The notes beneath the pieces are model-generated. The model saw nothing but the letters and a program-made list of their open reading frames with translations. It was not told the DNA's origin and searched no databases. From a virus, in IMG/VR virus record IMGVR_UViG_3300025872_000037, positions 64,088-128,087 of that record: 64,000 bases of DNA. One strand, written 5' to 3'. The position numbers and the translations under genes were made by a program. Positions 41,806-53,500 of the stretch are shown here, one piece after another (position 1 is the first letter of the stretch; each line of letters starts with the position of its first letter).

Positions 41806-43264
41806 CCATTTTGTAGGCGGGCAGTTTTCTTGGTTTACTGGAGTAGTCGAAGATATCCTTGATCCAAAAGAAATGGGTCGAGTACGAGTTCGTTGCTTTG
41901 GATATCATTCCGAAAGCAAAGATGAAATTGCTACAGAAGATCTTCCATGGGCGGTCGTGATGACACCGATTCAGTCAGCCTCCATGTCTGGAATTGGTTA
42001 CTCCGCAACCGGTATTCTACAGGGATCGTGGGTTGTTGGATTCTTTCGCGACGGACCTTCTGCGCAAGATCCAATCGTGCTAGGTACTATTCCTTCTATT
42101 TCTAGCGAGGCAGATACCACGAAAGGATTTGCTGATCCGGATGGTAAGTATCCGTTGCCCGCGCTAATTGGCGAGCCAGATATGCCACAGGAAGCGCGTT
42201 CAGTATATAAAGATGCTCCTGCATATGTTATCAGAAACGATTTACGTCAGGAGGATATTGAAACCGCTATTCCGCCTAAGGTTGAGTCAGTTGTTCCTGC
42301 TGGAGCAGATAGCTATTATGAAAGAAAGACCTGGAGTGTATGGGATGTAGATCAGGTAGCAAATCCTGTCTATCCAATGAACCATGTCTATCATTCTGAA
42401 TCTGGGCATGTTCGAGAGATCGATGATACTCCATACTATGGCCGCATTATGGAGATGCATCGTTCTGGTACATATACAGAGATCAATAATGCAGGCGATA
42501 AGACCACAACTATCGTGGGCGACAATTATGTAGTTGTGCTGGGGAACGATAATATCTACATTAAAGGCTCAGCAAATATTACTGTCGATGGTGACCTAAG
42601 ACAACTGATCAAGGGTAATTACCACATTGAGGTGGAAGGCAACAAGACAGAATATATTAAGGGTACACGCCAATCAAAGATCGGTCAATCTGAGCATATC
42701 GAAATTGGTCAGGATTATGCATCAAACGTCATCAATGACAGAATTTCGCGCATCGGTGGAAATACTACTATCATTCGAGACGGAAATAAAGACGAAACGA
42801 TTGCAGGAAACTCAGATGTTCTTGTCAACGGAAATGATGGCCATATCGTAATTGGAGAACGGCAGGAGTATACTGGCTCACACTTTGAATGTACTACAAC
42901 AGGTCACTTAATTGTAGTATCAAATGAGTTTATGTCGTTGAGCTCAGCGTCAACGTTAGAAATGGATATTACTGGGAACGTCACGCAGACATTTGGCGCA
43001 GCGCAAACAGTAAATGTTACTGGTGCAGTATCCGAAACAATTGGCGGTAATCAATCCACGAATGTCAGCGGCACTCAAACGATGTCAATTAGCGGTACAC
43101 AAAGTATTACTGCTTCTGTCACGAATATTGGTAATAACGTCAACGTTACTGGCGTGCTTGCAGCAACATCAAATGTCACCGCTGGCCCAACATCAATTTC
43201 ACTGACAACTCACAAGCACGTTGGTGTTCAGACTGGATTAGGATTAACTGGCCTGCCGCAATAA
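41792..43264 (+). CDS. 5: Baseplate central spike gp5 (no lysozyme domain)
   Basis: WFTGVVED..DP..GRVRVRCFG OB-fold, ESGH..EIDDTP, beta-helix repeats, C-terminal THKH. Confidence 0.9.
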   Translation: MNTIDHFVGGQFSWFTGVVEDILDPKEMGRVRVRCFGYHSESKDEIATEDLPWAVVMTPIQSASMSGIGYSATGILQGSWVVGFFRDGPSAQDPIVLGTIPSISSEADTTKGFADPDGKYPLPALIGEPDMPQEARSVYKDAPAYVIRNDLRQEDIETAIPPKVESVVPAGADSYYERKTWSVWDVDQVANPVYPMNHVYHSESGHVREIDDTPYYGRIMEMHRSGTYTEINNAGDKTTTIVGDNYVVVLGNDNIYIKGSANITVDGDLRQLIKGNYHIEVEGNKTEYIKGTRQSKIGQSEHIEIGQDYASNVINDRISRIGGNTTIIRDGNKDETIAGNSDVLVNGNDGHIVIGERQEYTGSHFECTTTGHLIVVSNEFMSLSSASTLEMDITGNVTQTFGAAQTVNVTGAVSETIGGNQSTNVSGTQTMSISGTQSITASVTNIGNNVNVTGVLAATSNVTAGPTSISLTTHKHVGVQTGLGLTGLPQ

Positions 43265-43265
43265 T

Positions 43266-44126
43266 ATGCCAATTAAAATTCCAGATATACCATCGACTCC
43301 GATTCAGGTTCCACAGATTCCTGCGCCGCCCAAGCTCCTCTGCGATGCCAATGCAGCGCTGACGCAGGTTACTCAAGCAAAGAAGCAAATTAAGGAATTG
43401 CTGAAGAACAAGAAAGCAGCAACCGCGACACTTCTGGGCTTAATACCTGAAGTAAATAGCGTGATGAACGACGTTAAGGCAATACAAGAAACAGTATCAT
43501 CGTTTCAATCAGAACTTAAAGCAATATCTACATCTAAGAATCCAGTACAAATTGCCCAGTTTATTGAAAAGTGGTCTGGATCGGTAAAAGGCCTTACTTC
43601 ATTAGTTTCTCAGGCACAAGCAATTTCAAATGATCCGAAAGCAATATTCAATTATTGCACCGATGCTCCAAACTTTAATCTTAATCCGCTAACGGGCAAA
43701 GTAAAGCTAGGATCGCTATCTGCTATCATTCCTAATACAAACCCAACAGAAGCAGAATCGTTGGTAAATAGTATAGTCGATAATACAAAGAAAACGACAA
43801 CAGGAGCATCCGGCACGTCCTTTTCAGAAGTAAGAAAGTATACTACTAATGTTTCATCTAAGATACACGATATCGCAAAAACGATTACTGATCCTCGCGA
43901 GCGTAACAAAGTATTGACATATGCAGACCGCAAAACTGCTGCAGTTGGCGGTGTATTACCCGAGGAAAACTTAAACACATATAGAGAAAATATCGTTGCT
44001 GATTCTGAGTATCCAGAAGATTCAGCACTTGCTGGTAAACTTGATGAAATCGACGCGATACTAGAAGGACAAGAGACTACAGTTGCTCCTTATGCTCGGT
44101 ATATGCAAAACGATTCAATAGATTAA
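43266..44126 (+). CDS. Hypothetical protein (baseplate block)
   Basis: 286-aa ORF between gp5 and gp25. Confidence 0.65.
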   Translation: MPIKIPDIPSTPIQVPQIPAPPKLLCDANAALTQVTQAKKQIKELLKNKKAATATLLGLIPEVNSVMNDVKAIQETVSSFQSELKAISTSKNPVQIAQFIEKWSGSVKGLTSLVSQAQAISNDPKAIFNYCTDAPNFNLNPLTGKVKLGSLSAIIPNTNPTEAESLVNSIVDNTKKTTTGASGTSFSEVRKYTTNVSSKIHDIAKTITDPRERNKVLTYADRKTAAVGGVLPEENLNTYRENIVADSEYPEDSALAGKLDEIDAILEGQETTVAPYARYMQNDSID

Positions 44127-44156
44127 TTCTCAAAAATTTTGATAAATAGCTGAAGC

Positions 44157-44609
44157 ATGAGCTCCGCAATTTCAGACTATAACGTAAACGAGCTTTACGT
44201 CAGCCGTCGATCATCAGTCGTATCGAAGAAACGGTTGTATTCTGACCTAGATCTCTCACTTGCTCTAAATCTGAATTTCCGCGATATCGTGCCACTGGTT
44301 GACATTGATGCGGTTAAGAACTCAATCAAGAATCTTATCTTAAGCAATTTCTATGATCGGCCTTTTCAGCCTGCGCTAGGGTCAAATGTATCTGCGCTAC
44401 TATTTGAGCCTGCTGACAATTTTACTATGTCGGCAATGCGCGAGGAAATCAAGCGCGTAATTAAAAAGTTTGAGCCGCGTGCTGACAGCGTGGTTGTAGA
44501 GATTTTGGATAATTCTGACAGAAACGCATACAATATCAATATCGGCTTTCGCGTCATCGCAATCGATCAAAGAGTGGATATAACTCTTTACCTTAAGAGA
44601 ATCCGCTAA
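44157..44609 (+). CDS. 25: Baseplate wedge gp25
   Basis: YSDLDL, AVKNSIKNLI, RPFQP.LGS, LLFEP, FEPR. Confidence 0.93.
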   Translation: MSSAISDYNVNELYVSRRSSVVSKKRLYSDLDLSLALNLNFRDIVPLVDIDAVKNSIKNLILSNFYDRPFQPALGSNVSALLFEPADNFTMSAMREEIKRVIKKFEPRADSVVVEILDNSDRNAYNINIGFRVIAIDQRVDITLYLKRIR

Positions 44610-44621
44610 TACTTTCTACCT

Positions 44622-46514
44622 ATGGCACAGATCAATGTCTCAGAACTCGACTTCACGACACTTAAAGAGTCGATCAAGTCACACTTCAAGAATCAAAGCA
44701 AGTATAACGACTGGGACTTTGATGGATCTGGCCTGTCAATTTTACTCGACGTTCTAGCGTATAATACGCACTACAATGCCGTCACGGCACATCTAGCGCT
44801 GAACGAAGCATTCTTGGATTCTGCACAATTGCGCGGTAACGTTGTTTCTCACGCTAAACTTCTGGGATATGTTCCACGTTCCACCATTGCATCTACTGCA
44901 GTCGTGAATGTAGTAGTAACAGCGCCAACATCTAATCCTCCGCCATTTTTAACGCTTGATAGAGGACACAAGTTCAGCACAGTTGTTGACTCATCTAAGT
45001 ATACATTTGTAGTATTGGAACCAAAACCAGCTGTTCCTTTAAACACAACGACGAATACTTACACATTTACTAACGTAGTTCTTAAGCAGGGTACGTTAAA
45101 GAAAATGCTTTATCGTGTAGATGAATTGATTGAGAATCAGAAATATGAAATTCCTGATACTACTGTAGATTCTACTACAATGAGAGTTCGCGTCAACGAC
45201 GGCGAGGAATTTTCAATTTATACGCAGTTTAGTACTCTGATTGGTCTAAATAACACCTCAAAGGTTTATTTCCTTCAGGAAAATGCCGATGGCCGATATG
45301 AAGTATATTTTGGCGATAATAATTTAGGTATTAAGCCTGGATCAAATAATATTGTTGAGATCGAGTACGTTTATACAAATGGCAGGATTGCAAACGGTGC
45401 TGCCAATTTTCAATCCGCGCAAGCATTTACATACGGAATACCTGGATCAACGACCGGTGCAACAGCAACGATTCCAGTAAATAGCGCTGTAGTAACTACT
45501 CTAACAAATTCGTATGGTGGTGCAGAAAAGGAAAGCACGGAATCGATTCGTTATAATTCTCCACTGGCATTTATCACGCAAAATCGTGCTGTGACTGCTG
45601 AAGATTATCGCGCAATTATTCTGCGCGAGTTTGGAGGAATTGATGCTATTTCTGTTTGGGGCGGTGAATCAGATCCTGAACCAAATTACGGTAAAGTGTA
45701 TATTGCAATCAAGCCATCTGGCAAAGATTTTCTTAACACTGCAGAAAAGCTGCAAATCACAGATAGTATCTTAAAGGGTAAGAACGTTGTATCAATTGAA
45801 CCAGTAATCATTGATCCAGAATTTACTTATCTTGAAATTGAAACATTTATCAAGTATAATTCAAATTTGACTGATAAAACAACTGCTGCATTGGAATCTT
45901 ATGTTCGTGATATCATCCGTAACTACAATGACCAGAACTTGCAGAAGTTTGACGGTGTATTTCGTTTCTCTCAGTTTCTAGGATCGATTGATAGTTCTGA
46001 ACCATCAATTCTAAATTCGGTAGCTCGGCCATATATGTTTAAGTGGATCACACCAAAAGCAAATGGTCTGATGAATTCATTTACACTTGATTTTCCAGTG
46101 CCAACATACACGACAACATCGACAAGCGCTGTTCTTTCTTCATCAGGCTTTATGATGGGTGGTCTGGAACACTTTTTCGGTGATGAGCCAATTGTCGGTA
46201 CAACTGACAGAAATGTCTATATTTACAGAGTAATAGAAGGTAACCGCAAGAAAATAGCAAATGCTGGCAGAATATATTCTACTATTGGTAGAGTAGTGTT
46301 AAATCGTTTTACAGTAGACTACACAACTGTAAACGTGAATCCTCCAGATATTAGAATTATTGCTTTACCAAACTCGTTTGACATTGCTCCCAAAAGAAAT
46401 CAGCTACTAGAAATCAATCAGGCGTATGTTACTGTAAAAGCTGAAATCGATGCAATCGCTGTTTCAGGCGCAGCAGGAACAAGTTCATATACCACGACAC
46501 CTCGACATCGCTAA
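44622..46514 (+). CDS. 6: Baseplate wedge gp6
   Basis: [47 protein letters not shown]. Confidence 0.95.
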   Translation: MAQINVSELDFTTLKESIKSHFKNQSKYNDWDFDGSGLSILLDVLAYNTHYNAVTAHLALNEAFLDSAQLRGNVVSHAKLLGYVPRSTIASTAVVNVVVTAPTSNPPPFLTLDRGHKFSTVVDSSKYTFVVLEPKPAVPLNTTTNTYTFTNVVLKQGTLKKMLYRVDELIENQKYEIPDTTVDSTTMRVRVNDGEEFSIYTQFSTLIGLNNTSKVYFLQENADGRYEVYFGDNNLGIKPGSNNIVEIEYVYTNGRIANGAANFQSAQAFTYGIPGSTTGATATIPVNSAVVTTLTNSYGGAEKESTESIRYNSPLAFITQNRAVTAEDYRAIILREFGGIDAISVWGGESDPEPNYGKVYIAIKPSGKDFLNTAEKLQITDSILKGKNVVSIEPVIIDPEFTYLEIETFIKYNSNLTDKTTAALESYVRDIIRNYNDQNLQKFDGVFRFSQFLGSIDSSEPSILNSVARPYMFKWITPKANGLMNSFTLDFPVPTYTTTSTSAVLSSSGFMMGGLEHFFGDEPIVGTTDRNVYIYRVIEGNRKKIANAGRIYSTIGRVVLNRFTVDYTTVNVNPPDIRIIALPNSFDIAPKRNQLLEINQAYVTVKAEIDAIAVSGAAGTSSYTTTPRHR

Positions 46515-46516
46515 TT

Positions 46517-48841
46517 ATGTCCTACGTTGAGTCGACAGTTAGTGCTAAAAAGAAAACAAAAGAAGCAATAAGAGTTGAGACTCTTATACCTGATGCACTG
46601 CGCGAAAAATCAGCAGTGCTAGTACAATTTCTAAAGGACTATTATGACCTTGTAAATCGAGATGGTAAAACTTCGTTTTTTATTACAGTTCAGGCTGGAA
46701 TAGGCCAATATACTATTGGCGAAGAAGTAGAAATGAATACTTCTGTTGGTGGTATTATTACTGCAACTGTTGCTAAGTTTGAGAATAATATTCTATTGGT
46801 GCATAACGCCGATGGAGAGTTTGTTCGTGGAGAAGCTTTAGTTGGCACAGAATCAAATTGTACTAGAAATATTTCTACTATTCAAAACATTTACGATAAT
46901 CCAAGTTTTGAGATTAATCGTATTATGGAAGAACGAGATATCGATAGAGCAACAAATCGATATCTCGAGGTGCTGCAACGCGAAACAGCAATTAATGTTC
47001 CAGGTAAATTTACTGCAGATACTATCAATCTGTATAAAAATTTATTAAAGTATTATTCAATGAGAGGCTCAGAAAACTCAATCGAGCTTTTCTTTAGAAT
47101 TATATTTCAACAAAGCGCCGAAGTATATTATCCTTTTAACGATACTTTTAAGCCATCATCTGGTAATTGGACTTCAGTTAATAGTAATTTTACCGGATCT
47201 ATTGCAGGCACTACACTTACTGTATCATCTGTCGAATCTGGATCGTTGGATGAGGATGTATTGATTACCGGAGCTGGAATTGCTCCTGGAACAATCATTA
47301 ATGGTTTAGGAACTGGCACAGGATATACTGGAACATATTCAGTTGGCGTAAGCCAAAACATCGGCAAGACGCCAATGAATAGTTCTGGTGCTTATTTTAC
47401 CGGATCTATTTCGGGAAATACTTTGACTGTTACTGCAGTACAATCTGGCACAATAGCAATAGGAATGGTTCTGTCCGGCTCAGGAATTACATCAAACGTA
47501 AAAATTTCTCAATTAGGCACTGGTACCGGTGGTGTAGGAACTTATACTTTGGTATGGATACCTAGCACTTTTACAGGATCGATTTCTGGAACAACGCTAA
47601 CAGTTACTTCGATGGGCGTTGGTTCTTCGGATATTGAAATAGGTACGCAGATTACTGGCACAGGGGTTACTGCCGGTACAACTATCGTAAAACCACCTGC
47701 AGTCGTTACGGCTATCAGCAATTATATTGCAAACGGAACAACCACCGTAACTGCAACAGTCGCTTCGACGAGTGGATATACTAATGGAGATGTTATTACA
47801 ATTTCTGGAGCTACAGGTGTAGAACAATTAAAACTAAATGGCACGTGGACTATTGCATCTATTCCAAATAGTACTACTTTTACATTTGTAGTTTTTAATT
47901 CTATTACTGCAGCAACGTATACTGCCAATCTGGGTACTGCAACAATAACCAAAACTACAACTGGCGCTGGAGGAATTGGAACGTATATCGTCAATTCTAG
48001 CCAAACCGTAAGTTCAACTACTTTAACTCAGATTATTAATTCTACAACTATTTCTGCGTCTGGGGCAGAATTTACTGGTAGTATATCCGGAGCAATACTG
48101 ACTGTTAGCGGCATAAAATCCGGCGCTGTCACAATTGGATCGAAGATTTATGGTGGTAGAGTTTTACCGGGAACAACAATCAAACAATTTGGACCATCGA
48201 CTACGGGTGGAGTGGGTACTTATATAGTAGGTGTCGATCAAACAGTATCTTCTACATCAATCAGCGGAGTTTCGCTATCAGCTTCTCAATACTCTGATGC
48301 AAATGGATTTACGTCTAACATTAAGAAACTACACGATTCGTATTATTATCAAAGATATTCATATGTAGTAAAGACGGGTTTGAATGTTGATGCATGGAAA
48401 GATCCTTTTAATCGTCTAGTACATCCTTCTGGATTTATATTTTTCGGCCAAATTTTCCTTGTACTCGAAGCAATTCAGAAACTAACAGAAAAGCTGAATA
48501 GCAGAATGCCACTTAACCAGCCCGGATTGATTTCTGCTGCCGACCTTGTCTATCTGCTTGAACTTGCTTATGCAGATTATATCACTGTTAATCCTGATGG
48601 CGATTCTATTCTAAACTATCAGAATATGAAAGCATTGGCAGAGTATGCTGTCAAGCTTATACTTCAGTTTGAAGGACAAAATCCTGGGTTGCAGTTTGTT
48701 ACTCTGCGAAGATTAGAATCCACGAAGTTTATCAACGAAAACCCGATAGATCGTTTCATTCAATACACTATCCAGGACTCTATAAATAACGTCATTCCTT
48801 ACTACAATACCGGAGCGGTAATTCTAAAACGCAATTTCTAA
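46517..48841 (+). CDS. 7: Baseplate wedge gp7-like protein with inserted repeat domains
   Basis: [39 protein letters not shown]; four FTGSI(S/A)G repeats. Confidence 0.75.
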   Translation: MSYVESTVSAKKKTKEAIRVETLIPDALREKSAVLVQFLKDYYDLVNRDGKTSFFITVQAGIGQYTIGEEVEMNTSVGGIITATVAKFENNILLVHNADGEFVRGEALVGTESNCTRNISTIQNIYDNPSFEINRIMEERDIDRATNRYLEVLQRETAINVPGKFTADTINLYKNLLKYYSMRGSENSIELFFRIIFQQSAEVYYPFNDTFKPSSGNWTSVNSNFTGSIAGTTLTVSSVESGSLDEDVLITGAGIAPGTIINGLGTGTGYTGTYSVGVSQNIGKTPMNSSGAYFTGSISGNTLTVTAVQSGTIAIGMVLSGSGITSNVKISQLGTGTGGVGTYTLVWIPSTFTGSISGTTLTVTSMGVGSSDIEIGTQITGTGVTAGTTIVKPPAVVTAISNYIANGTTTVTATVASTSGYTNGDVITISGATGVEQLKLNGTWTIASIPNSTTFTFVVFNSITAATYTANLGTATITKTTTGAGGIGTYIVNSSQTVSSTTLTQIINSTTISASGAEFTGSISGAILTVSGIKSGAVTIGSKIYGGRVLPGTTIKQFGPSTTGGVGTYIVGVDQTVSSTSISGVSLSASQYSDANGFTSNIKKLHDSYYYQRYSYVVKTGLNVDAWKDPFNRLVHPSGFIFFGQIFLVLEAIQKLTEKLNSRMPLNQPGLISAADLVYLLELAYADYITVNPDGDSILNYQNMKALAEYAVKLILQFEGQNPGLQFVTLRRLESTKFINENPIDRFIQYTIQDSINNVIPYYNTGAVILKRNF

Positions 48842-48847
48842 GTCACT

Positions 48848-50542
48848 ATGTCAGCCATTATCACATCAGACTTTCGCAATCTAAACGCGAAGAACTTCAA
48901 GAACAACATCACGTCCGACTCCGAGAACGTATATCTTTTCATCGGAAAGTCTGACAAGTGGTCAACATCGCTTACAGGCACAACTGATGTTGCGCCAAAC
49001 AGTGGTAATCCAGTCGACTCACTTCTGACAACCCAGGATGCTGATCGTAATATGATTGCTTTGAAGAGCATCACAGGCACTGATGTTATCAACCTGATTC
49101 CTCGTTATAATTGGGTTTCAGGAACACGGTATTCCGCGTGGGACGATAATGATCCTACTATCTTTGACCGCGGAAACGACAATCCTTTTTACGTACTAAC
49201 TGATTCATTTACAGTATACAAGTGTCTTTACGCTCCGTATGGCCCTACTGGAGCTTTAATTACTTCTACAGTAAAGCCAACTCATAATCCAACTACTCCA
49301 GGAGGAGTGCTTACCGGAGACCCCGTCGAATACGCAGATGGTTATATCTGGAAGTATATGTATAAAGTTAGTGCTACAGAAGCAGCAAAGTTCTTGACAA
49401 ACAATTATATTCCAATTAAAACAATTGTTGGAGGAAGTACGATTGTTTTAACTGGTAGCGGAACAGTTCCATCTGTAAACGATACTATTGTTGGTGCAAC
49501 ATCTGGTGCTACTGCAAAAGTATTTTCTGTCAATTCAAATACGCTAATAGTATATAACGTAAGAGGTACTTTCACAGTCACTGAAGCAATTGTTGGAGCT
49601 GGCGGAAAAACAATTTCAAGCATTACACTCAATAATGCTACGACGGTGGGCGAATTTGGAACAATCGATACCGATGATACTGCACGTCTTGAGTTTCAAA
49701 ATGCTGCAACCTCGACGATCAAGGGTAAGATCTATAGCATTGCAATTGATCCTGATGATCCAACCGCAACGACACTTTCTTATGGTGGTAGCGGATATAC
49801 TTCCGCTCCAACAGTAACAATTCTTGGTGATGGCTCCGGAGCACAAGCAACTGCAACTGTTTCCGGTGGAAAGGTAGTAAGAATTGTTGTCACGAATCCA
49901 GGATCAAACTATAACGTTGCATATGTTACACTTAGCGGTGGTAATGGTGCCGGATGTGTTGCTCGCGCAGTATTATCGCCAAAAAATGGTCATGGCTCAG
50001 ATCCTGCTGCTGAACTTGGTGGTTATTATATTGGTATTGCAGCAACGCTAACAGGCGAAGAAGGCGCGGGTGACTTTGCAGTTGATACACAATTCCGACA
50101 GGTAGGACTAATTAGAAAGCCAAAGGAACTTTCCGGCGGAAATTCTATTCCTGCAGTCGCGAGTACTTTATCAGCATTGACATATCTGACACTTAACAGC
50201 GGTTCAACTGGAACATTTAATGTTGGAGATTACATTACCAATGGTGCGCAAACGCCAGCAATTGGATTCATTGATTCTGTAACTACTTTATCAGGCGGTA
50301 TAAAGAAATTAGGAATTCATCAAAATGATAAAACTGGTTATACAGCGTTTTTGACTGGTAATACTATTAATGCATATACTGGCGCCGCTCAAACTTCATC
50401 TGCTAGTGGAGTAATAAACACAATTACTGCATCGGAATATGTGCACTTTTCTGGAGACATTGTATTTCTGGAAAATCGTACATCTGCAATTCAACGTACT
50501 GAATCTCAGATTGAAGACATTCGTATCATCGTTGAGTTCTAA
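48848..50542 (+). CDS. 8: Baseplate wedge gp8
   Basis: MSAIITSDFR, PRYNW.SG, VYKCL, DGYIWKYMY, GHGSDP..ELG, ENR..IQR..Q.EDIRIIVEF; TATAAATA at 48781. Confidence 0.9.
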   Translation: MSAIITSDFRNLNAKNFKNNITSDSENVYLFIGKSDKWSTSLTGTTDVAPNSGNPVDSLLTTQDADRNMIALKSITGTDVINLIPRYNWVSGTRYSAWDDNDPTIFDRGNDNPFYVLTDSFTVYKCLYAPYGPTGALITSTVKPTHNPTTPGGVLTGDPVEYADGYIWKYMYKVSATEAAKFLTNNYIPIKTIVGGSTIVLTGSGTVPSVNDTIVGATSGATAKVFSVNSNTLIVYNVRGTFTVTEAIVGAGGKTISSITLNNATTVGEFGTIDTDDTARLEFQNAATSTIKGKIYSIAIDPDDPTATTLSYGGSGYTSAPTVTILGDGSGAQATATVSGGKVVRIVVTNPGSNYNVAYVTLSGGNGAGCVARAVLSPKNGHGSDPAAELGGYYIGIAATLTGEEGAGDFAVDTQFRQVGLIRKPKELSGGNSIPAVASTLSALTYLTLNSGSTGTFNVGDYITNGAQTPAIGFIDSVTTLSGGIKKLGIHQNDKTGYTAFLTGNTINAYTGAAQTSSASGVINTITASEYVHFSGDIVFLENRTSAIQRTESQIEDIRIIVEF

Positions 50543-50562
50543 GATATCTTATACTTTCTAAC

Positions 50563-53500
50563 ATGGCGATCACCTATTTCAACGAATCACCCTACTGGGA
50601 CGACTTTAATAAAGATAAGAACTATCTGAGAGTTCTTTTCCGTCCTGGTTATTCGGTCCAGGCGCGTGAACTTACTCAGCTGCAAACCTCAATTCAGGCA
50701 CAAATTGAGCGTTTCGGTAATCACTTCTTTAAGGACGGAACGAAGGTAATGGGTGGCTTAGCCACGATCAATAATAAGATTGCTTACGTTAAAGTAGAAT
50801 CTTCAAGCCAATCTACCTCGTATGACAGCAATACTTATTCCGGAAACGAGAGCTTATATCTGGAAAAAGATGCAAATGGAAGCTATGTTTTAATTGGTGC
50901 AACTCTATTTGGAGTTACAAATGGACTTCATGCCAAGATTATCGATATTGTGCCTCCTGAAGGTGCAGAACCGCTAACACTTTACGTCGAGTATCTTAAT
51001 TCTGGTGGAGCAAATACTACAAATGCCGGTCTAGTAAAGGCATTTGCTGCCCAAGAATATATTTTGCTGCAAAAATATAATCCAGATACTGGAGCAGTAA
51101 CACAGCGAATTGCATTTCGTGCAAAGCCACAAGAAAATGGAAATGTCAATCCTACGGGGTTTGGCACCCGTGTGTCAGTTGAAGAAGGCGTTTACTACCT
51201 CAACGGATGTTTTGTTCATACTCCAGCATCAAGTATCATCGCGTCTCGCTATCGTCAAAATCCATGGTGCAGAATTGTTTACCGTGTTGAGGAAAGAAAA
51301 GTCACTCCAGTTGATGATACCACACTGAATGATAATGCGCTAGGAACTCCAAACACTGGTGCGCCTGGTGCGCACCGTTATCAGATTCTGATGAATCTGG
51401 ATGTAGAAAATTGGAATCCAGCTCAGTACGATGATACGCTCGATAATTTCATCCTAGTGATGACTATCGAGGATGGAAAAGTAAAGAAACTAAATCGCAC
51501 AGAATACACTGAGATCATGAAGACCATGGCTCAGCGTACCTATGAGGAATCTGGTAATTACGTCGTAAATCCATTTAAGATTGATGTCCGCGAGTATCTG
51601 AATACTTACACCAATGGCGGCTTATATACTGCGAATCAGATTCAGAATGCCGTCGCTGGTATCAATACCGCTAATCAGGCAGCAACTTATGCATCAAATA
51701 AGCTTGCCGCGGGGCTAGAACCTTCTGTTGCATACATCAATGGATTCCGCGTAGAATTGCAATCTACTGCTTATGCAATCCTGAAGAAATCGCGCAGCTT
51801 TAAGAGTCTTACTAATGCAGTAATCGATGCTGGTTATGGTAATTACCTTACTGTTTATAACGTAACTGGTCTTCCAGATATTACCAATTTTAGTTATGTT
51901 AATTTGAAGGATGCTATTACGGGTGGCGGCAATATCATTGGTACTGCGCGTGTTCGCTCAATGGAGCGTATTTCTGGTAGTAACTTTAAGTTGTATATTT
52001 TTGACGTTACTCTGAATTCTGGTAAGTCAATGGCACAAGTTAGAAGTGTCACAAGTGCTACTGTAACATTTACTGCAGATACGTATGTTATCGGAACAGG
52101 CGGATCACAAGTTGCTGGAGCTGAGGTGCAAGATGCATCATCTGTTTCGCTGCTTTATAAGCTACCATATGATGTTATCAAGTCGACAGCAGATCTGACT
52201 TATACAGTTCGTCAATCATTCTCTGGCACCATCACTGATGGCGGCGGAGGAAATGATACAATTGTTTTAAATCCTACTGTTGATAATCAGTACTTTATTT
52301 CGGAAGCTGCTTCAGATTATATTGTAGCAAAGAGTGATGGAACTATTATTGTTCCAACATCTGTCGATGTCGAAAGCGTAAGTGGGCAAAACTATAATAA
52401 AGTAACGCTTTATTTTTCTTCTGCTACTGTTGCGTCAAATACATCTGTGACAGTAATTGCGTCAACGCAGCGCTCGCTTTCGCCAAAGACGAAGACACTG
52501 GCGATCAATCAAACACTACCAATTACAAGTCCAAATACTGTTGCTAGCGCTAGCACATATGATAGCTTAAATACTGTTGATGTTATTCGCATCAAGGCAA
52601 TTCATATGTCTGCTGATTTTAGTACAGCTGCTACTACATCCGATCCTGATATTTCCGATCGTTATGTTCTTGATACTGGTCAGCGCGACACATACTACGA
52701 TTACAGCACTCTGCAACTTAAGGCAGGCGTAAATCCACCTACTGGTAGATTACTTGTCGTATTTGACAAGTATACGCATGGAAATGGTGATTACTTTGCA
52801 GTTTCTTCATACACAAATTATGAGGATATTCCAACATTTACTTCATCGCGCGGCACAGTAGCTTTAAGAGATTGCCTAGATTTTCGTCCTGCAGTAACAG
52901 CGTTTTCATCAACGAAAATGTCTGCGCCTCGTCCAAATATTACTACCGATATGGAGTATTATCTTGGACGAGTGGACAAGCTGTGCCTAGATCAGTACGG
53001 AAATGTTAAGATCAAAGAAGGTGTACCATCATTAAATCCAGTTGCTCCTCCTGATATTCAGGATGCGCTGACGATGTATATCCTAACGATTGCTCCATAC
53101 ACCTTTAGCACGCAAGACGTAAAGGCAAAGAGTTTAGATCATCGGCGCTATACGATGCGCGATATTGGTCGTATTGAAAAGCGCGTGCAGAAGCTTGAGT
53201 ATTATACTGCACTTTCACTACTAGAAAAAGAAACAGCAAATAAGCAAATCCTGGATGCTGATGGCGTAGATCGTTACAAGAACGGATTCGTTGTTGACAG
53301 TTTTACCTCGCACGGAATTGGCGCCGTAGCACATCCAGATTACAGCGTGGCCGTTGATAAAGTCAACGGATTGATTCGTCCTCTATTTTACGAGGAGTCT
53401 GTCAATCTACGTCTGAATACTGCTCTTTCGCAAAATTACCGTCAAAGCGGTCCATTAGTTACTTTAGATTATTATTCTGCTCCTGTCATTACTCAGCCAT

